A stretch of DNA of 64,000 bases from Oopsacas minuta (taxonomy: Eukaryota; Animalia; Porifera). The position numbers and the translations under genes were made by a program. The DNA lies in NCBI GenBank assembly GCA_024704765.1, contig JAKMXF010000099.1, positions 1 through 64,000 on the forward strand, given 5' to 3'. Positions 38,387 through 50,263 of this stretch are shown piece by piece (position 1 is the first letter of the stretch; the number at the start of each line of letters is the position of its first letter). The notes under the pieces were generated by a model. The model ran no database searches. It saw only the letters and a program-made list of their open reading frames with translations, and was not told the origin of the DNA.

Positions 38387-39795
38387 GTCTGATGGGTAAT
38401 GACCAGCATTATGATAATATCTTTACTATTTCAACGCAATTAAAATCACGAGAGACCTCAAATTATTGAGGGGCTTTGAATACCCAGCCCTGGCCCAGTA
38501 TTTTTTGAGAGACCCGTAAATTATTCAGGGGCCCCAAAAGTAGAGGGCACTACGGGCAGCTGCCCCATGTACCCCCAGGGTTAATCCGGTCCTGCTTATT
38601 GTCCAAATACTAAACTCTCTATTCTAGCTCAGCAGACTTGTTCTTATCTTGGATCCCCTCCAACCAGTCGAGGAGTGCTTTCGCCATGAATTTTGTATAG
38701 ATCAATCTGACCAATTGAAATCAGTTTCCAGAGCCTCTGACTAGATCGGAAAAGTCTGACTACCTTGCTATCTTCCCGAAATAAGTATACATAAGAATGA
38801 TAATCTATTACTCAAATGTTGTGTCAGTGATGATTATTCGATGGTCATCACTAATGCATATATTTTTGGAGGCCCTTGGATGCGAAATGGCCAGTCAGAG
38901 GCCTGTCAGTAGGTTGTTTCTATACTTTGGATCATTGGCGTAGAAAGTTGTAGCGGTCCAGTCTTATTCAACTGCCGAGAAAGTAATTCACAATTCAGGT
39001 GATAAATTATTTTGGTGACTTCTTCGTTGTTTGTATAATTTTTCGCTACCATCATAGATTGACGAAATTGCTAGTGTATAATGATTTCATTATAAATTAG
39101 ACTTTGGTGTTATTTATCTTAATATTTATGATATATTTACAAACATGAACAAAAACAAATTTATTGCTCGCAGTAATCTTGCAAATACTTGGGACAAATT
39201 TCATCAGGCTACTGGAGAGGTAGTAGCCTTGCCTCTTACTTTGAATGGACGTTAACTGTGTTCGATCCAGATTTCCTTAAGCATTTAATAAAATGCCCAG
39301 AGGGTGATATTTTCGAAAGCTTATCCCAACCTTTGTGTAGTAAACAAGTAATTCTACCAAAAATTCGGAGTCAAAACCGTTGAATGATGAACAAATGAAC
39401 AATTTGCTGGAGGGGACATCAAACATGCTCGGAATACACTGAGAAAGCTTATATCATGGGCTGCTCAACCATTAGTGAATTGCATGATAATTCTATCAAA
39501 TTTGTACACCAATTATCCTACCACGCTACCCTCCATTTGAATATAATATGTATAATCAATTTTTGGTACACGATATTTAGCTGGAAGGGAGACTTCAGCC
39601 CATACACGTCCCATATATAGTTACATATATCACAATTAGATATCTGTTTAAATAACTGTAATGTAGGTATAGACTTTTGTGAGATTGTATAAGTAGCAAA
39701 ATTTGTGTTTCCCCAAACATTATTCCCTAGTGAATGATGTTTAGGGAAAAGGGAATCCCTACACAATACTGTTTCATTCACGAAAGTGGTAGGGA

Positions 39796-41978
39796 CAGGG
39801 TGACCAGATCTCCCATGCCAAAAAGAAGGACATTTTTCAAAGTCAAACCATTTGTGTTCGATTATAATATTTATTGTATGTTTATCAAGAGATACAAATT
39901 AACTAACACTGAAATACATAATTTAGATAATCTAATCCAAATTTCGTGATACATGTTTGTGGTACTAAAAACTAGATTTAGTTTGTGTATTTGGCATTGG
40001 AACAGATGTTCTTCAATGCAACTTCGTTATTGGTTAATTTTTGATGCATTTCCCTGCAACTCATTTCAAAATTCGCTATTACTTTAAGTAGTGCACCAAC
40101 AGTGGAAATGTCTAGTTTGTTTCTGTCGTTGCTCCATTGTACCTTTGATAAACTGAACACTCTTTCACACACCGCGTTAGATGCAAGGATAGCAAAAATA
40201 GAAGATACTAATTTTCTTGCAGGGAAATTTTTCTTGTGTAATGATACCCCAACGCTGGTCCAGGCTTAAATCCGAGGTCATTGACAAACTTGGAAAGTTT
40301 CGTTGAAGACAGCATACTTCCTCAAATAAGTCATCAATCTGAGCAATTTCTGGGCATAATAATTCAGCACACCCCTTCAATATTTTATAGTCAATTAATT
40401 CAACATCTTTCAATAATAACCAATCTAAATTTTGTGGTAAACTATCCAAATGTAGCTATTTATCAAGCTAGTCGAATGAAATCTGATAGAATGTCATACA
40501 TTCGGACTTTAATTTGTGTATTTGAATAACGTTGTCAATTTTAGCAAGTTCCATTTCAGTAATAGTTCCTAAAAATCCACCATTATACCGATCCAACAAA
40601 GATTGCTATAATTTTCTTAATTCACGAATCATCTCGGGCAATGAGCGATTGTTTTTCTGGAGAATTAAACTTGTGGTATTGAACAATTTAATGGCACTAT
40701 GCATGAAGAGGAAGTAGCACTGACTAAGATTAGATTCAAAAAATGTTTCCAACATTCTAGGACATATCTCGTTCGAGAGAAAATAAGATTTCAACGCTTC
40801 CCACAGTTTTAGAATCCGTTCTATCAAGGGGAATAAAGTCAACCACCTAGTTTTGCTATGATTGGGAAACTTTAAGTAGTGCAGTTCTAGAAAATCCCAA
40901 AATTCGATAAACCTTTGGTGACGCTGAAGTACCCCACTCTTTTCTCCAGAAAAGAAGGAAGAAATCTTTGCAACAACCGATTCAATATCAACTGATAGAG
41001 CTCGTTCACCAGCGATCTGAGCTGATTTATCTACCAAATGTGATGGACAACCAACAGGAATTAATTTGGATTTAATCTGTTTCAACTTGGTAAAAACATT
41101 GTCACCTTCTGCTCTATTAATATCACCAAAATTTACTGGAGCATTAGCAGCACAGAACGCAATCATTTTTTCTGGGTTCAATCCATACTTAGTAATTACA
41201 TCTAGAAGCATTTCTGCAACATGTTTTGATTTTTCATCTTGTAAATGAACAAAATCTAGGAGCTTATTCTGAACGCCACTACTGTTGAAGTATCGAATAA
41301 TTATAGGAAATGTCTTTAGCTCAGCGTGATTCGATGCATCAGTTGATAAAGAGAAGGCAATACCAGTTTGTAGCTCACTTAATAGTTCCTCAATGCTCAT
41401 CGGTGCTAGAACACCAGTAATTATTGCTTCGGTTTTAGTGCGAGCAGAATGGAAATTCTTTGCTATATCAGAATCAGAAAACATACTGAAAGCAGGTTAG
41501 ACGTACAGTCCATTGTTCTAAAAGAATGATGATGTTTTACTGTATGAAATGCAAAATGTCCCCTCAGCAGCAGAAATTTTTAAACTAATAGGAGAATATC
41601 TCTCTTTGATGAATAATCCCAAAGATTGTGTTGAAGTTATCATTTGTTGGGACGAAGAGTGCTTGATCGTATCGATGTGTTTCTTGACTGAAGAAATTCC
41701 AGCACTGGCTAAATTAATGTCCACATTGCAGATAGTGCAATAGGCGAAATTATTACCTTTATTACTTGATTTTATGAAAGAAAACTCTTGACCAAATTCA
41801 AAGCGGAATGAACATTTCCTCTTCACCATATTTATAGATTTAGCTAATATAACAAAGTAAACAAGGACAAATAAGGACAATAAGGAAAAAAGAAGGACAA
41901 AAGAAGGATAGAATGAAAGAAGACAACTAGTCTAAAAAGGAGGACAATCCTTCCAAAGAAGGACATCTGGTCACCCTG
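39796..41978 (-). mobile_element. Decayed hAT transposon (BED-finger transposase)
   Basis: 14-bp perfect TIR CAGGGTGACCAGAT; TSD GGTAGGGA (39788-95 and 41979-86). Fragments: AYCTICNVDINLASAGISSVKKHIDTIKH, FSLSTDASNH, VGCPSHL, SKTRWL, CERVFSLSKVQWSNDRNKL; frameshifts and stops. Confidence 0.93.
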
Positions 41979-43024
41979 GGTAGGGAGCATGAGTGTAGCA
42001 GCAACAGGATTTTTGTTGGGGGCCTGGTGGAATTTGAAGGGACAAAGTCTCTAAAATATATCCAGTATACCACTGTCCCTTGGTATAATCAATGTATTAA
42101 TAATTTTGGTAGGGGCTTGCTGAGAATTTGGGAACCAAGGGGACAAGTCCCCGTCCCAGACCCTAGAGGGGCTCGTGACCTCCAATTTTGAGCCTCTTTG
42201 TACCATACAGGTCAGACATTCTGAACATTTCACAAGCGTTTCTATAATCATACAAACCTTCATGTGAATATTCAACAATGTATACTTATATGCATACCTG
42301 GCAAGTGCAAACCTATTTTGGTCATATCCATGTATGGAGCTTTCATTTTCTCTATTGCACTGACAGAACCCTGTACATATTAGCGTCGTGCTCAAGTGCG
42401 CGTTATTCGGGTTTCAAATTTTGTGGTGGATGACGTCACTAAAATTGTGTCTATTGTGTTGATGAGTCCAAATATGATATTGTAAATAACCTTTCATTAA
42501 TATTTATATTTGTTCACTTTGGGACATAAATTTCTCAGATTTAAAGATTATGGTAGTATCATGTTTAGTATGGTAAAGATTTTGTTCTCGATGGCCGTAG
42601 GCCCGAGTGTGAACACGAAGTATTCTCTACCACAGAACGCGAGCAGGCGTTGTACGATCGTATCTACTGATATATTAAGTCAACCATTATTCCTGAGCCA
42701 ATATACAAATATCCCATTTTTTGGACATGTTTAGAGGATGATAGTCTAAAACCTTTCTAAAACCTAAGTGCGGCTTAACACGAATTGATCATGTATATGT
42801 TATCGGTCTAGACCGCCAGAAACAAACAATGGCGGTCCGGTCCATGAAATTCCCCGACTGCTGTAACACTGGAACAGTGTCTAATAATATATGAGATATA
42901 TTTTGACACACATCATGTGATACGTATACTTGTAATAGAAATATTATACACACAATATGTATAAGCCACTTTATATAGTTCTATATTATCATAGTACTAG
43001 CTTTATACTGAAATATATGTGAAA

Positions 43025-44470
43025 ATGGCAACTGCATTGATACATGAAATTCCAGCCTCTGGACCTGATAGCTTGATGCCTGTCAGTAACAAGCTACATG
43101 ACAGAATGAATATGCTGAGGGAAGTGATTGACAGCAAGAGGACACTTGTGAGGAAATGAAACAACTGATAGAACAGAAGGCAGAGAAGATTATCAGGGAA
43201 CAGGAAGCAATCTGGGATGAAGCTAACCAACGAATAAAACAGCAAAAAAAGATGAAATTTGTAACGAAATCGAAGAGTTAAACAAACACAAAGCAGAGCT
43301 GGAAAAATCTTCAAAAAATTGAACCAAATTCCCTGTTTCGATCAAATCAATGAATCTATAGAATCCGTCAAAAGAGGAATGAATATTGATATTCCTTACG
43401 TCAACATGAAGTGGAAAGTTAATGAGTTAAGGGAGAGTATAAATACACTGTATACATGTGAACAGAGAATTGTGAAGTTTGTAGAACATATTCATATTAC
43501 ACTCAAGTCAAGTTTTTGAGATACAGGCGAGCTAAATAAACAGATACATAATCCATGTAGTGTAGAAATAGTTTCTATCAATGATAGAATATATGTAGCT
43601 GATTGGGAATCTAACAGAGTTCAGATATTCTCTGGAAATGGAGAATGGATTCAATCTCTAGAAGATGAAGAAATTGTTGATCCAAAGAATATTCTCATTT
43701 TACCTGAGTCCATCTTCGTACAATGCTCTTTCAGAATGTGTAAATTCAACTAATCAACCTTTGAGATAGAATCTTATAAATATCTTCACCAGGGCTGTAT
43801 CAACTCATTTTTAGTTGGCAAAATCAACTCATTTTTCCTACCAATTCATTCATTTTTATTGCACCAACTCATTCAACTCGTTCAATTCATCTAGTTTATG
43901 TAACCAACTCATTTCAACTCATTCAATAAAATGAGTTGATTTTGCCAACTCAAAATTAATTGATACAGCCCTGATCTTCACTGTCTTCTAACAGGAATCT
44001 GTACAGATAATACTTATATTTTTGTGGGTGAATGGAAGAGTATACAGCTAATAGTTCAAACACCTGGATTGTTAGAAGAAAGGAGAATAACTCTTAACAC
44101 TCAATTCAAAGGAGAAGATACTCGATTACAAGATATATCACTAGCTGGAGATGTATTCTATATAGCTCTTACTGATACAGATTATCCTATACAAGCATTC
44201 TCTAAACAAAGCACATTAATTAGATTTGTTGTACACAAAGATTTATTGGTCAAGGTTTGTGTCTTGATCAACAACACAACATACTCGTAGCTGATACAAG
44301 AATTTCTGAAATCAAGATATTCTCAAATGAAGGTAAACTGATTACTAAATTCGGTAAAGAATACCAGTTCCAGGAAATTCACTGGGTTAACTGGAATAGC
44401 AGTAGATGACTTAAGTTCTATTTTAACAATAAATAGCAAGGAACATAACATGATACAGCTCTTCACCTCT
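43025..44470 (+). pseudogene. Coiled-coil + NHL-repeat (TRIM71/NHL beta-propeller-like) intronless gene, frameshifted and MITE-interrupted
   Basis: ATG at 43025, heptad-like helical segment, then NHL-like motifs read across frames (RIYVADWESNRVQIFSGNGEW; ILVADTRISEIKIFSNEGKLITKFG; GIAVDD). Multiple frameshifts and stops. Confidence 0.75.
43790..43973. mobile_element. 184-bp hAT MITE inside the NHL pseudogene
   Basis: 14-bp TIR CAGGGCTGTATCAA; 8-bp TSD ATCTTCAC. Confidence 0.9.
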
Positions 44471-44503
44471 CTGAGTCTCTCTCTCTTTCTTACTTTATTT
44501 ATA

Positions 44504-45032
44504 CAGTGAAACCGCTTAATTGGGGCTCGGATAATCGGGATATCAGCTTAAACTGGACAATGATTTGGGAACAGAGTTTTACATAGAAAAATCACGGATA
44601 ATTGGGACATCGAATCGGTTAATCGGGATTTTTTAACCCGAATAACCGATTATTTAAAAATTCATAATTGGTTCAACACGATAAAAAATCCCGATTTACC
44701 GATTATGAAATATATATATGCTTAATTGGGATTTCATCCCAATTGACGATTGTATATTTATTCAGAATCATTGTAACATGATTTGTTTTTAAAACTAGGA
44801 ATTTTAATATTCTACGACCATAACAATCCAATACCGATACAATTGCAATTTACAAACTAAGATTTTAACTCTACTCACTCCCTATATATTCAGGATTTAG
44901 TAGTAGTGTGATAAGATATTTTTGGTTATGATCTGAAACCATGAAAACTAGTTTTGGATACTTAAATATATAATCGGTTAATCGGGACAAAACATTGACT
45001 CCCGAGCTGTCCCGATGAAGCGGCTTCCAATG
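44504..45032. mobile_element. pogo/Tigger-like non-autonomous element
   Basis: TA|CAGTGAAACCGCTTAATTGGG ... CCCGATGAAGCGGCTTCCAATG|TA; internal TAATCGGG subrepeats. Confidence 0.7.
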
Positions 45033-46725
45033 TATACTTACTCTACTAACTTTGAATTATCCTATATGTATTTATCTCTATGTATTCTATCATGAGAATA
45101 TACCCTGGCTCAATAATAGTTTTGGCTACAGCTTAAATCTCCATACAAATAGTAGTTATAGTACTAATCTTCCTTGTTTTAACGAAAATAGCTCTCCCCT
45201 TCAAAGTTATTAACCATGAACATTTTTCTATTTTGATATTATTAATTTTGATTAATATTACATTTGCCAACTGTCCCGCTCTTTCTGATTTGTGTTTAGG
45301 CTAATGTCCCTCAAAACTTAGCAAAATCCATTATTTTCCCGATTTTTGTATTCCATTTTAATGTAATTATGCTACGTCCTGTGATGACCCACTATAATAT
45401 CACTTCCTGCTTTTTGCTTCACCAAGGTTGGCATGTATAAATACCTGATTTAGTTCTCAAGGATAACTAAGTACGATTAAATAGAATTTCGCTTTTTCAA
45501 GTTTTTCATATGTATATTTATTATTGCTTTTATGAGTATAAAGGAAACAAATTAGCAAAATCTCAAATTTACCTAGATACTTGCTCTCAACGGTTACAAA
45601 AGGGGTTGATCTTACAAAATAATTCCTAAACATATATGCCATATATGTATAACTGTTAATTACGTTGTCCTTAATATCTCTTTATTGCAATACTCAAAGG
45701 GGGCATTCAATTTGGAGAATGATGGATACCTCGAGGCGCAATGCGCAGAATTCATTACAAAACGACGAGCCAATGGCTCGTATGTATGTATATTACAACT
45801 CAATTATTGTAGGATTGTGGGTGTTTGTTTGTCCACTTTGAAATATGATGATAGTGGAAGAAGATCTGAGTATGTAATATAGGAGATAACATACCCTTCT
45901 GTTCACGAGATAGGAAAAGTAAACAATTACATTGGAGTAATCGAGTATGCCGATTCAGATTTTCAATCTTTCGAATTAATTATATGTAAATTTAGTTGTT
46001 GATTTATGAATATAAAGTAAGCAAATAGTTTACATGTGAAATATCCTTAGTCGTTTGCTCTAAAAGCTATATAGAGGTAATCAAGTACGCTGAATCTGAA
46101 GTTCGCATTTTTAGTTTCTCATATGCAAAACGATTTGTTGTTTTTATGAATAAGAAATAAACTAATGTTTGAATTCTTAATAATCATTTCAGTAAAGACT
46201 GGGTAATATCTTTGTAAAATTTAGTATTCCATGCTTTTGCGTTCCTAATATGTCGAAAACTCAAAATATTCTTTGTATAATGGATTATAGGTAGCTTGAT
46301 ATCAAGATTGTCTAAATATGATTGAATTATCATTTCACTCATATCCTGACTAGTGTCATAAGTCACTAGTCTTGTTTCAAAAATCTTAGTAGATGGGAAA
46401 TGTTCTTATCTCCAATCAAACAGCTCGTTGAAGTAATAATGAAGTCTTGTATCAATTTCTGGATGGAGTTTGTTTTGAGTGGAATACTAGTCTGAACAAA
46501 TTTTATTTCTTGATCATTCATGGAATTAAGAAATTCAAGTACTTCTTCCTGTGATTTTATTGTAGCATTAGCTTCAGATATTGACTCTTCGTACTCAGTA
46601 AAAGGAGATGATGGAAACAAGAAATATTCATTCCTTGACAACGGACAAACAAGCAAACAAACAACACTTGAGATGTAATAATATTTGATATATATATATA
46701 TATACAGATTAATTGCGTTTTTGTA

Positions 46726-47012
46726 CAGTACATCCTCGCTAATCCGAACAGCATTGTTCCGATTGCAAAATAATCCGTTCGGATTAGTGATTAGCGATAT
46801 CAAATGCATAGAAACTATACTTAGAATCTGGGAGCCTATTCTTTCGAAAGTTGTACAGACGATGGAATTGCCCAATATGTGTAATAAAGTAATTTTGTAT
46901 TAATTAATCCACAGTAGAATTGGAGAAAATTAGTTAATTGTGAACATTTTTAATCATTTTTCAAAAGGTTGTTAACCTTTTAGGACCTGTTCGGATTAGC
47001 GAGGGTGTATTG
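46726..47012. mobile_element. pogo-like MITE
   Basis: TA|CAGTACATCCTCGCTAATCCGAACAG and reverse-complement CTGTTCGGATTAGCGAGGGTGTATTG at the right end. Confidence 0.7.
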
Positions 47013-47044
47013 ATTAATTTAATTATTTATTATTATTATTATTA

Positions 47045-48349
47045 CGAGAGGCACTCGAAAAGTTTTGCCATTTGATATGAAACCATTAATCTGTCGGATA
47101 TTTTTCCGCATCCATCTTTTCAGACATATTTTATTACTCTACTTTGAAACTTTCATTTATTTATCTCTTCTACTTTCATAAATTAGATAATTTTAGTATA
47201 CATGGCTTCTAAAATATCTCAATCTAAATCAGATCTCACAAAACATGATTTTGGAGCAATGATTTTGATCTTATTCAAACTACAGAAGACAAGAGTAGAA
47301 ATCTATGAATCTTTACAGGAACATTTCCCGGATCTAGCTCCTTCTCTAAGTACAGTTGAATGATGGTACAGGGAGTTTATTCACGGAAACTTTGTTCTTG
47401 AAGATGCCCTCGTTCAGGAAGACCGAATCTTTCACATAATGAAGAAAATGTTAACGAAATGCTAGATCTAATTACTAAAGATCCTCATATTACGTACGCT
47501 CAGTTAGAGTATGAAACCGAGTTGTCATCGGGGACAATTAATATCATTTTGTACAAAGAGCTTTGTGTCAGGAAGTTGTGTGCCCGATGGATCCCCCATT
47601 CTTTGAACTTATAGCAAAATATCCCACATAGACTTTTGAAAGATTATGCTCAAAAGGTTTGCTAATGGAAGTTCAAGAGCTGTTTCTGAGATCCTTACAG
47701 GTGATGAGACATGGATATACCATTATGATCCAGAAACAAAGCGAATGTCAAAGGAGTGGGTTGAAGAAGATGCCCAACCTCCAACCAAAGTGCGGAGGGC
47801 TAGATCTGTTGGGAAACAAATGTGGGCGATATTTTCAGATCTAGTGGGTTTGTCGAAGCTGTTGCTCTCGATGATAGAAAGACTGTTACTGCCGACTGGT
47901 ACACTACAGTGTGCCTACCCAAAGTCATCACAGCAATTGAGTCACAGCGGGAGAAGACAGGTATTAGAGGAATTCTTCTTCATCATGATAATGCATCATC
48001 GCATACGGCAATCAGAACTCGTAAGTTTTTGGAAAATTCTGGACTCAGAACATTACCTCACCCGCCCTACAGTCCTGATTTAGCCCCTTGCGACTTCTGG
48101 TTGTTCCCTAGACTCAAAGGTCAATAACGTGGGAGGAGAATTTCGACTAATGAGGAGTTGAGAGGGGCACTTTTCCAAGCGATCGGAGACATACCCAAAG
48201 AAAAGTGGAAAAATGTTTTGATAATTGGTTTACCAGAATGAAAAAATGTATAGATTGTCAGGGAGAGTATTTTGAAAAAAATGTAATAGTCAATTAATTA
48301 TTACTATCTGATATGTCGGTCAACGTCAAAACTTTTCGAGTGCTCTTCG
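47045..48349 (+). mobile_element. mariner (DD34D) transposon, 1305 bp, transposase disrupted
   Basis: 23-bp TIRs CGAGAGGCACTCGAAAAGTTTTG / CAAAACTTTTCGAGTGCTCTTCG; TA flanks. Motifs TGDETWIYHYDPETK, LLHHDNASSH and HPPYSPDLAPCDFWLFPRLK lie in two frames. Confidence 0.95.
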
Positions 48350-50263
48350 TAGTAGGCTAAGTATATATCTATTGATATCAAATGAAAATACGATTTAGAA
48401 TCTCAAGATATTTCTTCCCGTTCCAAAATATAAATAGGTAACTCAAAGGATGTGATCTGATCTATGAAGGATCTTGCTATCGATTATTTGAAGTGAGTAC
48501 TGGGATCAACTGGTTAGATGCTCAATCTAGTTGTGCTGTATGGGGTCGTGACTTGGCTAGTATTACTACAGAAAGAGAGAGAAGAATTACTCATACACTA
48601 TTACCCCTGATACAGTGAGTAATTGCTGGATCGGAATGAATGATAGGAGTGAAGAGGGAACTTATACCTGGATTGATGGTTCAATATATAGTCATACAAA
48701 CTGGACGGTTGTTGAACCATCTGTTAGTGATGAAGATTGTGTTGAAATAATCAGAGCTGGAGAGGGTAGTTGGGGGACTGTAAGCTGTGAAATGATAAGA
48801 AATACATTCATCTGTAGAAGACCATCAAACAGTACTCTAACAACAGGTCAGCTAATGTAATGTATTAATAGTTATTTGGTTAAAAGGTTTAAATGATCCT
48901 CTTTTAGTTGGTATATTCGGAGAACTTACGAATGAAGGATTGGACTTTCAAATATTGAATGGTAACACATTCTTACACGAATCTACCACATTAGTTTGTG
49001 GTGGATTGAGTGATGAAATAATCTGGAGATTTGCTGAAAACGCAGAATTTACAAACAGCGAAGAATTGATAGCAACTCATAGCAACACAGAATCTGGATT
49101 GAGTTGGTTAGCAATTAATATCTCTAAACAAGGATATTATCAGTGTCGATTAACTGCTGCATTCTCTCATACAATTGGTTTGTATGATCTCTCTTTAGCA
49201 ACTGGTAAGAGATTTATCTTTATCATTTCCATATTTAGTTGTACTATAGATAATGGGTATAGTGATAATTTTGCAGAATTTCAGTGCTTCCTACTGTATC
49301 ATTATAATCTCCCATCTAGTTGCTATATCAGGTGCTACATACAGCTAAATAGTAGGAGTAGAGAGACAGGATGTATTACTATTATGTGATCCTATGGATG
49401 GTGGCAGTTTGTCTCTGTTTGTCTGGTTTGTACAGGGTGTAGCTACACTACTGAATCCTATCAATATATACAGTTTGATGGATTATTCTTTAACAACTAA
49501 CTTGAGCATGAGCTGCTCCAGAAATGGAGTTAATATATCCACAAACATTATTTGTATTAATCGTACTCATGTCACTGTATGTGTATTCCTTACTCATCAT
49601 TGCCTACTTGTTTCTAGTTCCACAAATAATCGTTCGATATGGTGACATGATTGTTGAACATATTTCAGGAGTATTCCCCGCCATTAACTATCTAGAAATC
49701 CCTATTGGTGTCAAAGATGTTTCTATAACAAGTAACATTGAGGGGAATGGATACATCCAGATGGAAACTATTCGCTATCTACTCTAATAATTCCAAATAT
49801 TATTACATTACAAAATGTTGGTTTGTATAAATTGCATGCAACTAACTGGGATGGACAAGAAATATGTGCTATACAGATCAATATTGATTTAATTACAGGT
49901 AGGAATTGATTTGTATATTGTATAAAGTGATTATCTCCAAATACGCATTTATCAATTTTAGTTATATCAAACTTTGATAGTCAATTACAAGTTGAGTATT
50001 TAGTGATTTCCCCTGCCTCAAAGATCTACTATTCAAATAATAATAATGGTATTCCCGGAAGTATGATACGTTGGATGACAGATATAGTCAAAGATGCTGA
50101 AGATATAACCTACAGTATTGAGTATCCCAACCCTGTTCTTTTGAGTACAGTATTCTCTAATGTAGGAACAGGTGTCTATGTGTTCAGTTGATACTTGGGA
50201 TGAGTCTTGTTACATTATTAGGGAGCCTACAACTATCTATCAAAGGTAATTTGCAATAAATAA

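Noticed and set aside
38578-38594. hAT-like right end GGGTTAATCCGGTCCTG, and a Buster-like end GGTTAAGAACCACTG at 59627-59641
   Set aside because: No matching left end or TSD found; solo remnants.
38620-39780. Short ORFs at 39189-39383 and 39518-39781, also 42051-42395, 42510-42734 and 46366-46875
   Set aside because: No motif I can recognise; they may be eroded gene or TE fragments but cannot be supported.
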